Made by a program: the position numbers and the translations under genes. The notes beneath the pieces are model-generated. The model did not search any database, had not been told where the DNA came from, and saw nothing but the letters and a program-made list of their open reading frames with translations. 64,000 bases of DNA from Eledone cirrhosa. Lineage: Eukaryota. The first letter of the stretch is position 1. Every line of letters begins with the position of its first letter. The DNA lies in contig OZ024758.1 in NCBI GenBank assembly GCA_964016885.1, positions 35,092,001 through 35,156,000 of the forward strand. Reading direction: 5' to 3'. Below, piece after piece: positions 24,680-36,499 of this stretch.

Positions 24680-27600
24680 CTGTTGGTGAGAATTCATTTA
24701 AGTTCATGGTATTAGTTTGTCAGAAGTAACTCCACTGTTGGTGAGAATTCATTTAAGTTCATGGTATTAGCTGTCAGAAGGAACGCCACTGTTGGGGAGA
24801 ATTAATTTAAGTTCATGGTATTAGCTGTCAGAAGTAACTCCACTGTTGGTGAGAATTCATTTAAGTTCATGGTACTAGCTGTCAGAAGTAACTCCAATGT
24901 TGGTGAGAATTCATTTAAGTTCATGGTATTAGCTGTCAGAAGGAATTCCACTGTTGGTGAGAATTCATTTAAGTTCATGGTATTAGCTGTCAGAAGTAAC
25001 TCCACTGTTGGTGAGAATTCATTTAAGTCATGGTATTAGCTGTCAGAAGTAACTCCATTGTTGGTGAGAATTCATTTAAGTCATGGTACTAGCTGTCAGA
25101 AGTAACTCCACTGTTGGTGAGAATTCATTTAAGTTCATGGTATTAGTTTGTCAGAAGTAACTCCACTGTTGGTGAGAATTCATTTAAGTCATGGTATTAG
25201 TTGTCAGAAGTAACTCCAATGTTGGTGAGAATTCATTTAAGTTCATGGTACTAGCTGTCAGATGTAACTCCATTGTTGGTGAGAATTCATTTAAGTTCAT
25301 GGTACTAGCTGTCAGAAGTAACTCCACTGTTGGTGAGAATTCATTTAAGTTCATGGTATTAGTTTGTCAGAAGTAACTCCACTGTTGGTGAGAATTCATT
25401 TAAGTCATGGTATTAGTGGTCAGAAGTAACTCCAATGTTGGTGAGAATTCATTTAAGTCATGGTACTAGCTGTCAGAAGTAACTCCAATGTTGGTGAGAA
25501 TTCATTTAAGTTCATGGTATTAGCTGTCAGAAGGAACTCCACTGTTGGTGAGAATTCATTTAAGTTCATGGTATTAGCTGTCAGAAGTAACTCCACTGTT
25601 GGTGAGAATTCATTTAAGTTCATGGTACTAGCTGTCAGAAGTAACTCCAATGTTGGTGAGAATTCATTTAAGTTCATGGTATTAGCTGTCAGAAGTAACT
25701 CCACTGTTGGTGAGAATTCATTTAAGTCATGGTATTAGCTGTCAGAAGTAACTCCAATGTTGGTGAGAATTCATTTAAGTCATGGTATTAGCTGTCAGAG
25801 GTAACTCCATTGTTGGTGAGAATTCATTTAAGTCATGGTACTAGCTGTCAGAAGTAACTCCACTGTTGGTGAGAATTCATTTAAGTTCATGGTACTAGCT
25901 GTCAGAAGTAACTCCACTGTTGGTGAGAATTCATTTAAGTTCATGGTACTAGCTGTCAGAAGTAACTCCAATGTTGGTGAGAATTCATTTAAGTTCATGG
26001 TATTAGCTGTCAGAAGGAACTCCACTGTTGGTGAGAATTCATTTAAGTTCATGGTATTAGCTGTCAGAAGTAACTCCACTGTTGGTGAGAATTCATTTAA
26101 GTTCATGGTACTAGCTGTCAGAAGTAACTCCAATGTTGGTGAGAATTCATTTAAGTTTATGGTATTAGCTGTCAGAAGTAACTCCACTGTTGGTGAGAAT
26201 TCATTTAAGTTCATGGTATTAGTTTGTCAGAAGTAACTCCACTGTTGGTGAGAATTCATTTAAGTTCATGGTATTAGCTGTCAGAAGGAACGCCACTGTT
26301 GGGGAGAATTCATTTAAGTTCATGGTATTAGCTGTCAGAAGTAACTCCACTGTTGGTGAGAATTCATTTAAGTTCATGGTACTAGCTGTCAGAAGTAACT
26401 CCAATGTTGGTGAGAATTCATTTAAGTTCATGGTATTAGCTGTCAGAAGGAATTCCACTGTTGGTGAGAATTCATTTAAGTTCATGGTATTAGCTGTCAG
26501 AAGTAACTCCACTGTTGGTGAGAATTCATTTAAGTCATGGTATTAGCTGTCAGAAGTAACTCCATTGTTGGTGAGAATTCATTTAAGTCATGGTACTAGC
26601 TGTCAGAAGTAACTCCACTGTTGGTGAGAATTCATTTAAGTTCATGGTATTAGTTTGTCAGAAGTAACTCCACTGTTGGTGAGAATTCATTTAAGTCATG
26701 GTATTAGTTGTCAGAAGTAACTCCAATGTTGGTGAGAATTCATTTAAGTTCATGGTACTAGCTGTCAGATGTAACTCCATTGTTGGTGAGAATTCATTTA
26801 AGTTCATGGTACTAGCTGTCAGAAGTAACTCCACTGTTGGTGAGAATTCATTTAAGTTCATGGTATTAGTTTGTCAGAAGTAACTCCGCTGTTGGTGAGA
26901 ATTCATTTAAGTCATGGTATTAGTGGTCAGAAGTAACTCCAATGTTGGTGAGAATTCATTTAAGTCATGGTACTAGCTGTCAGAAGTAACTCCAATGTTG
27001 GTGAGAATTCATTTAAGTTCATGGTATTAGCTGTCAGAAGGAACTCCACTGTTGGTGAGAATTCATTTAAGTTCATGGTATTAGCTGTCAGAAGTAACTC
27101 CACTGTTGGTGAGAATTCATTTAAGTTCATGGTACTAGCTGTCAGAAGTAACTCCAATGTTGGTGAGAATTCATTTAAGTTCATGGTATTAGCTGTCAGA
27201 AGTAACTCCACTGTTGGTGAGAATTCATTTAAGTCATGGTATTAGCTGTCAGAAGTAACTCCAATGTTGGTGAGAATTCATTTAAGTCATGGTATTAGCT
27301 GTCAGAGGTAACTCCATTGTTGGTGAGAATTCATTTAAGTCATGGTACTAGCTGTCAGAAGTAACTCCACTGTTGGTGAGAATTCATTTAAGTTCATGGT
27401 ACTAGCTGTCAGAAGTAACTCCACTGTTGGTGAGAATTCATTTAAGTTCATGGTACTAGCTGTCAGAAGTAACTCCAATGTTGGTGAGAATTCATTTAAG
27501 TTCATGGTATTAGCTGTCAGAAGGAACTCCACTGTTGGTGAGAATTCATTTAAGTTCATGGTATTAGCTGTCAGAAGTAACTCCACTGTTGGTGAAAATT

Positions 27601-27715
27601 CATTTAAGTTCATGGTACTAGCTGTCAGAAGTAACTCCAATGTTGGTGAGAATTCATTTAAGTTTATGGTATTAGCTGTCAGAAGTAACTCCACTGTTGG
27701 TGAGAATTCATTTAA
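24680..27715. repeat. 1,507-bp (28-monomer) tandem duplication; repeated at +20,735 (~45,415-48,450)
   Basis: ORFs 25191/26698, 25453/26960 and 25828/27335 recur at +1507. Markers TTGGGGAG (24794/26301), CAGATGT, TAGTGGTC, CAGAGGT and AAGTTTATG share the offset. Confidence 0.92.
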
Positions 27716-30700
27716 GTCATGGTATTAGCTGTCAGAAGTAACTCCAATGTTGGTGAGAATTCATTTAAGTTCATGGTATTAGCTGTCAGAAGTAACTCCA
27801 CTGTTGGTGAGAATTCATTTAAGTTCATGGTATTAGCTGTCAGAAGTAACTCCACTGTTGGTGAGAATTCATTTAAGTTCATGGTACTAGCTGTCAGAAG
27901 TAACTCCACTGTTGGTGAGAATTCATTTAAGTTCATGGTATTAGCTGTCAGAAGTAACTCCAATGTTGGTGAGAATTCATTTAGGTTCATGGTATTAGCT
28001 GTCAGAAGTAACTCCACTGTTGGTGAGAATTCATTTATGTTCATGGTATTAGCTGTCAGAAGTAACTCCACTGTTGATGAGAATTCATTTAAGTTCATGG
28101 TACTAGCTGTCAGAAGTAACTCCACTGTTGGTGAGAATTCATTTAAGTTGATGGTATTAGCTGTCAGAAGTAACTCCACTGTTGGTGAGAATTCATTTAA
28201 GTCATGGTATTAGCTGTCAGAAGTAACTCCATTGTTGGTGAGAATTCATTTAAGTCATGGTACTAGCTGTCAGAAGTAACTCCACTGTTGGTGAGAATTC
28301 ATTTAAGTTCATGGTACTAGCTGTCAGAAGTAACTCCACTGTTGGTGAGAATTCATTTAAGTTCAAGGTATTAGCTGTCAGAAGTAACTCCACTGTTGGT
28401 GAGAATTCATTTAAGTTCATGGTATTAGCTGTCAGAAGGAACTCCAATGTTGGTGAGAAATCATTTAAGTCATGGTACTAGCTGTCAGAAGTAACTCCAC
28501 TGTTGGTGAGAATTCATTTAAGTTCATGGTATTAGCTGTCAGAAGGAACGCCACTGTTGGTGAGAATTCATTTAAGTTCATGGTATTAGCTGTCAGAAGT
28601 AACTCCACTGTTGGTGAGAATTCATTTAAGTTCATGGTACTAGCTGTCAGAAGTAACTCCATTGTTGGTGAGAATTCATTTAAGTTCATGGTACTAGCTG
28701 TCAGAAGTAACTCCAATGTTGGTGAGAATTCATTTAAGTTCATGGTATTAGCTGTCAGAAGTAACTCCACTGTTGGTGAGAATTCATTTAAGTTCATGGT
28801 ACTAGCTGTCAGAAGTAACTCCACTGTTGGTGAGAATTCATTTAAGTTCATGGTATTAGCTGTCAGAAGTCACTCCAATGTTGGTGAGAATTCATTTAAG
28901 TTCATGGTATTAGCTGTCAGAAGTCACTCCACTGTTGGTGAGAATTCATTTAAGTTCATGGTATTAGCTGTCAGAAGTAAGTCCACTGTTGGTGAGAATT
29001 CATTTAAGTTCATGGTATTAGCTGTCAGAAGGAACTCCAATGTTGGTGAGAATTCATTTAAGTCATGGTACTAGCTGTCAGAAGTAACTCCACTGTTGGT
29101 GAGAATTCATTTAAGTTCATGGTATTAGCTGTCAGAAGGAACGCCACTGTTGGCGAGAATTCATTTAAGTTCATGGTATTAGCTGTCAGAAGTAACTCCA
29201 CTGTTGGTGAGAATTCATTTAAGTTCATGGTACTAGCTGTCAGAAGTAACTCCACTGTTGGTGAGAATTCATTTAAGTTCATGGGACTAGCTGTCAGAAG
29301 TAACTCCAATGTTGGTGAGAATTCATTTAAGTTCATGGTACTAGCTGTCAGAAGTAACTCCACTGTTGGTGAGAATTCATTTAAGTTCATGGTACTAGCT
29401 GTCAGAAGTAACTCCAATGTTGGTGAGAATTCATTTAAGTTCATGGTATTAGCTGTCAGAAGGAACTCCACTGTTGGTGAGAATTCATTTAAGTTCATGG
29501 TATTAGCTGTCAGAAGTAACTCCACTGTTGGTGAGAATTCATTTAAGTTCATGGTACTAGCTGTCAGAAGTAACTCCAATGTTGGTGAGAATTCATTTAA
29601 GTTTATGGTATTAGCTGTCAGAAGTAACTCCACTGTTGGTGAGAATTCATTTAAGTAATGGTATTAGCTGTCAGAAGTAACTCCAATGTTGGTGAGAATT
29701 CATTTAAGTTCATGGTATTAGCTGTCAGAAGTAACTCCACTGTTGGTGAGAATTCATTTAAGTTCATGGTATTAGCTGTCAGAAGTAACTCCACTGTTGG
29801 TGAGAATTCATTTAAGTTCATGGTACTAGCTGTCAGAAGTAACTCCACTGTTGGTGAGAATTCATTTAAGTTCATGGTATTAGCTGTCAGAAGTAACTCC
29901 AATGTTGGTGAGAATTCATTTAAGTTCATGGTATTAGCTGTCAGAAGTAACTCCACTGTTGGTGAGAATTCATTTAAGTTCATGGTATTAGCTGTCAGAA
30001 GTAACTTCACTGTTGATGAGAATTCATTTAAGTTCATGGTACTAGCTGTCAGAAGTAACTCTACTGTTGGTGAGAATTCATTTAAGTTCATGGTATTAGC
30101 TGTCAGAAGTAACTCCACTGTTGGTGAGAATTCATTTAAGTCATGGTATTAGCTGTCAGAAGTAACTCCATTGTTGGTGAGAATTCATTTAAGTCATGGT
30201 ACTAGCTGTCAGAAGTAACTCCACTGTTGGTGAGAATTCATTTAAGTTCATGGTACTAGCTGTCAGAAGTAACTCCACTGTTGGTGAGAATTCATTTAAG
30301 TTCATGGTATTAGCTGTCAGAAGTAACTCCACTGTTGGTGAGAATTCATTTAAGTTCATGGTATTAGCTGTCAGAAGGAACTCCAATGTTGGTGAGAAAT
30401 CATTTAAGTCATGGTACTAGCTGTCAGAAGTAACTCCACTGTTGGTGAGAATCCATTTAAGTTCATGGTATTAGCTGTCAGAAGGAACGCCACTGTTGGT
30501 GAGAATTCATTTAAGTTCATGGTATTAGCTGTCAGAAGTAACTCCACTGTTGGTGAGAATTCATTTAAGTTCATGGTACTAGCTGTCAGAAGTAACTCCA
30601 TTGTTGGTGAGAATTCATTTAAGTTCATGGTACTAGCTGTCAGAAGTAACTCCAATGTTGGTGAGAATTCATTTAAGTTCATGGTATTAGCTGTCAGAAG

Positions 30701-31200
30701 TAACACCACTGTTGGTGAGAATTCATTTAAGTTCATGGTACTAGCTGTCAGAAGTAACTCCACTGTTGGTGAGAATTCATTTAAGTTCATGGTATTAGCT
30801 GTCAGAAGTCACTCCAATGTTGGTGAGAATTCATTTAAGTTCATGGTATTAGCTGTCAGAAGTCACTCCACTGTTGGTGAGAATTCATTTAAGTTCATGG
30901 TATTAGCTGTCAGAAGTAACTCCACTGTTGGTGAGAATTCATTTAAGTTCATGGTATTAGCTGTCAGAAGGAACTCCAATGTTGGTGAGAATTCATTTAA
31001 GTCATGGTACTAGCTGTCAGAAGTAACTCCACTGTTGGTGAGAATTCATTTAAGTTCATGGTATTAGCTGTCAGAAGGAACGCCGCTGTTGGTGAGAATT
31101 CATTTAAGTTCATGGTATTAGCTGTCAGAAGTAACTCCACTGTTGGTGAGAATTCATTTAAGTTCATGGTACTAGCTGTCAGAAGTAACTCCACTGTTGG
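27390..31200. repeat. 1,939-bp (36-monomer) tandem duplication; repeated at +20,735
   Basis: ORFs 27712/29651, 28250/30189 and 28465/30404 recur at +1939, as does marker GTTTATGG (27662/29601). Several private SNPs separate the copies. Confidence 0.85.
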
Positions 31201-32400
31201 TGAGAATTCATTTAAGTTCATGGTACTAGCTGTCAGAAGTAACTCCACTGTTGGTGAGAATTCATTTAAGTTCATGGTATTAGCTGTCAGAAGTAACTCC
31301 ACTGTTGGTGAGAATTCATTTAAGTCATGGTATTAGCTGTCAGAAGTAACTCCATTGTTGGTGAGAATTCATTTAAGTCATGGTACTAGCTGTCAGACGT
31401 AACTCCACTGTTGGTGAGAATTCATTTAAGTTCATGGTACTAGCTGTCAGAAGTAACTCCACTGTTGGTGAGAATTCATTTAAGTTCATGGTATTAGCTG
31501 TCAGAAGTAACTCCACTGTTGGTGAGAATTCATTTAAGTTCATGGTATTAGCTGTCAGAAGGAACTCCAATGTTGGTGAGAAATCATTTAAGTCATGGTA
31601 CTAGCTGTCAGAAGTAACTCCACTGTTGGTGAGAATCCATTTAAGTTCATGGTATTAGCTGTCAGAAGGAACGCCACTGTTGGTGAGAATTCATTTAAGT
31701 TCATGGTATTAGCTGTCAGAAGTAACTCCACTGTTGGTGAGAATTCATTTAAGTTCATGGTACTAGCTGTCAGAAGTAACTCCATTGTTGGTGAGAATTC
31801 ATTTAAGTTCATGGTACTAGCTGTCAGAAGTAACTCCAATGTTGGTGAGAATTCATTTAAGTTCATGGTATTAGCTGTCAGAAGTAACTCCACTGTTGGT
31901 GAGAATTCATTTAAGTTCATGGTACTAGCTGTCAGAAGTAACTCCACTGTTGGTGAGAATTCATTTAAGTTCATGGTATTAGCTGTCAGAAGTCACTCCA
32001 ATGTTGGTGAGAATTCATTTAAGTTCATGGTATTAGCTGTCAGAAGTCACTCCACTGTTGGTGAGAATTCATTTAAGTTCATGGTATTAGCTGTCAGAAG
32101 TAACTCCACTGTTGGTGAGAATTCATTTAAGTTCATGGTATTAGCTGTCAGAAGGAACTCCAATGTTGGTGAGAATTCATTTAAGTCATGGTACTAGCTG
32201 TCAGAAGTAACTCCACTGTTGGTGAGAATTCATTTAAGTTCATGGTATTAGCTGTCAGAAGGAACGCCGCTGTTGGTGAGAATTCATTTAAGTTCATGGT
32301 ATTAGCTGTCAGAAGTAACTTCACTGTTGGTGAGAATTCATTTAAGTTCATGGTACTAGCTGTCAGAAGTAACTCCACTGTTGGTGAGAATTCATTTAAG
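30040..32400. repeat. 1,184-bp (22-monomer) tandem duplication; repeated at +20,735
   Basis: ORFs 30189/31373, 30404/31588 and 30997/32181 recur at +1184. Markers GAATCCA (~30449/~31633) and CGCCGCTG (31081/32265) share the offset. Confidence 0.88.
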
Positions 32401-35400
32401 TTCATGGGACTAGCTGTCAGAAGTAACTCCAATGTTGGTGAGAATTCATTTAAGTTCATGGTATTAGCTGTCAGAAGGAACTCCACTGTTGGTGAGAATT
32501 CATTTAAGTCATGGTATTAGCTGTCAGAAGTAACTCCAATGTTGGTGAGAATTCATTTAAGTTCATGGTACTAGTTGTCAGAAGTAACTCCACTGTTGGT
32601 GAGAATTCATTTAAGTTCATGGTATTAGCTGTCAGAAGTAACTCCACTGTTGGTGAGAATTCATTTAAGTTCATGGTACTAGTTGTCAGAAGTAACTCCA
32701 CTGTTGGTGAGAATACATTTAAGTTCATGGTATTAGTTGTCATAAGTAACTCCACTGTTGGTGAGAATTCATTTAAGTCATGGTATTAGTTGTCAGAAGT
32801 AACTCCAATGTTGGTGAGAATTCATTTAAGTTCATAGTACTAGCTGTCAGAAGTAACTCCACTGTTGGTGAGAATTCATTTAAGTTCATGGTATTAGCTG
32901 TCAGAAGTAACTCCACTGTTGGTGAGAATTCATTTAAGTCATGGTATTAGCTGTCAGAAGTAACTCCATTGTTGGTGAGAATTCATTTAAGTCATGGTAC
33001 TAGCTGTCAGAAGTAACTCCACTGTTGGTGAGAATTCATTTAAGTTCATGGTATTAGTTTGTCAGAAGTAACTCCACTGTTGGTGAGAATTCATTTAAGT
33101 CATGGTATTAGTTGTCAGAAGTAACTCCAATGTTGGTGAGAATTCATTTAAGTCATGGTACTAGCTGTCAGAAGTAACTCCAATGTTGGTGAGAATTCAT
33201 TTAAGTTCATGGTATTAGCTGTCAGAAGGAACTCCACTGTTGGTCAGAATTCATTTAAGTTCATGGTATTAGCTGTCAGAAGTAACTCCACTGTTGGTGA
33301 GAATTCATTTAAGTTCATGGTACTAGCTGTCAGAAGTAACTCCAATGTTGGTGAGAATTCATTTAAGTTCATGGTATTAGCTGTCAGAAGTAACTCCACT
33401 GTTGGTGAGAATTCATTTAAGTCATGGTATTAGCTGTCAGAAGTAACTCCAATGTTGGTGAGAATTCATTTAAGTTCATGGTATTAGCTGTCAGAAGTAA
33501 CTCCACTGTTGGTGAGAATTCATTTAAGTTCATGGTACTAGCTGTCAGAAGTAACTCCACTGTTGGTGAGAATTCATTTAAGTTCATGGTATTAGTTTGT
33601 CAGAAGTAACTCCACTGTTGGTGAGAATTCATTTAAGTTCATGGTATTAGCTGTCAGAAGGAACGCCACTGTTGGTGAGAATTCATTTAAGTTCATGTTA
33701 TTAGCTGTCAGAAGTAACTCCACTGTTGGTGAGAATTCATTTAAGTTCATGGTACTAGCTGTCAGAAGTAACTCCAATGTTGGTGAGAATTCATTTAAGT
33801 TCATGGTATTAGCTGTCAGAAGGAATTCCACTGTTGGTGAGAATTCATTTAAGTTCATGGTATTAGCTGTCAGAAGTAACTCCACTGTTGGTGAGAATTC
33901 ATTTAAGTCATGGTATTAGCTGTCAGAAGTAACTCCATTGTTGGTGAGAATTCATTTAAATCATGGTACTAGCTGTCAGAAGTAACTCCACTGTTGGTGA
34001 GAATTCATTTAAGTTCATGGTATTAGTTTGTCAGAAGTAACTCCACTGTTGGTGAGAATTCATTTAAGTCATGGTATTAGTTGTCAGAAGTAACTCCAAT
34101 ATTGGTGAGAATTCATTTAAGTTCATGGTATTAGCTGTCAGAAGTAACTCCACTGTTGGTGAGAATTCATTTAAGTTCATGGTACTAGTTGTCAGAAGTA
34201 ACTCCACTGTTGGTGAGAATACATTTAAGTTCATGGTATTAGTTGTCAGAAGTAACTCCAATGTTGGTGAGAATTCATTTAAGTCATGGTATTAGTTGTC
34301 AGAAGTAACTCCAATGTTGGTGAGAATTCATTTAAGTTCATGGTACTAGCTGTCAGAAGTAACTCCACTGTTGGTGAGAATTCATTTAAGTTCATGGTAT
34401 TAGCTGTCAGAAGTAACTCCACTGTTTGTGAGAATTCATTTAAGTCATGGTATTAGCTGTCAGAAGTAACTCCATTGTTGGTGAGAATTCATTTAAGTCA
34501 TGGTACTAGCTGTCAGAAGTAACTCCACTGTTGGTGAGAATTCATTTAAGTTCATGGTATTAGTTTGTCAGAAGTAACTCCACTGTTGGTGAGAATTCAT
34601 TTAAGTCATGGTATTAGTTGTCAGAAGTAACTCCAATGTTGGTGAGAATTCATTTAAGTCATGGTACTAGCTGTCAGAAGTAACTCCAATGTTGGTGAGA
34701 ATTCATTTAAGTTCACGGTATTAGCTGTCAGAAGTAACTCCACTGTTGGTGAGAATTCATTTAAGTTCATGGTATTAGCTGTCAGAAGTAACTCCACTGT
34801 TGGTGAGAATTCATTTAAGTTCATGGTACTAGCTGTCAGAAATAACTCCAATGTTGGTGAGAATTCATTTAAGTTCATGGTATTAGCTGTCAGAAGTAAC
34901 TCCACTGTTGGTGAGAATTCATTTAAGTCATGGTTTTAGCTGTCAGAAGTCACTCCAATGTTGGTGAGAATTCATTTAAGTTCATGGTATTAGCTGTCAG
35001 AAGTAACTCCACTGTTGGTGAGAATTCATTTAAGTTCATGGTACTAGCTGTCAGAAGTAACTCCACCGTTGGTGAGAATTCATTTAAGTTCATGGTATTA
35101 GTTTGTCAGAAGTAACTCCACTGTTGGTGAGAATTCATTTAAGTTCATGGTATTAGCTGTCAGAAGGAACGCCACTGTTGGTGAGAATTCATTTAAGTTC
35201 ATGGTATTAGCTGTCAGAAGTAACTCCACTGTTGGTGAGAATTCATTTAAGTTCATGGTACTAGCTGTCAGAAGTAACTCCAATGTTGGTGAGAATTCAT
35301 TTAAGTTCATGGTATTAGCTGTCAGAAGGAATTCCACTGTTGGTGAGAATTCATTTAAGTTCATGGTATTAGCTGTCAGAAGTAACTCCACTATGGGTGA

Positions 35401-36499
35401 GAATTCATTTAAGTTCAGGGTATTAGCTGTCAGAAGTAACTCCAATGTTGGTGAGAATTCATTTAAGTTCATGGTATTAGCTGTCAGAAGTAACTCCACT
35501 GTTGGTGAGAATTCATTTAAGTTCATGGTATTAGCTGTCAGAAGTAACTCCACTGTTGATGAGAATTCATTTAAGTTCATGGTACTAGCTGTCAGAAGTA
35601 ACTCCACTGTTGGTGAGAATTCATTTAAGTTCATGGTATTAGCTGTCAGAAGTAACTCCACTGTTGGTGAGAATTCATTTAAGTTCATGGTATTAGCTGT
35701 CAGAAGTAACTCCACTGTTGGTGAGAATTCATTTAAGTTCAGGGTATTAGCTGTCAGAAGTAACTCCAATGTTGGTGAGAATTCATTTAAGTTCATGGTA
35801 TTAGCTGTCAGAAGTAACTCCACTGTTGGTGAGAATTCATTTAAGTTCATGGTATTAGCTGTCAGAAGTAACTCCACTGTTGATGAGAATTCATTTAAGT
35901 TCATGGTACTAGCTGTCAGAAGTAACTCCACTGTTGGTGAGAATTCATTTAAGTTCATGGTATTAGTTTGTCAGAAGTAACTCCACTGTTGGTGAGAATT
36001 CATTTAAGTCATGGTATTAGTTGTCAGAAGTAACTCCAATGTTGGTGAGAATTCATTTAAGTTCATGGTACTAGCTGTCAGAAGTAACTCCACTGTTGGT
36101 GAGAATTCATTTAAGTTCATGGTATTAGCTGTCAGAAGTAACTCCAATGTTGGTGAGAATTCATTTAAGTTCATGGTATTAGCTGTCAGAAGTAACTCCA
36201 CTGTTGGTGAGAATTCATTTAAGTTCATGGTATTAGCTGTCAGAAGTAACTCCACTGTTGATGAGAATTCATTTAATTTCAGGGTACTAGCTGTCAGAAG
36301 TAACTCCACTGTTGGTGAGAATTCATTTAAGTTCATGGTATTAGTTTGTCAGAAGTAACTCCACTGTTGGTGAGAATTCATTTAAGTCATGGTATTAGTT
36401 GTCAGAAGTAACTCCAATGTTGGTGAGAATTCACTTAAGTTCATGGTACTAGCTGTCAGAAGTAACTCCACTGTTGGTGAGAATTCATTTAAGTTCATG

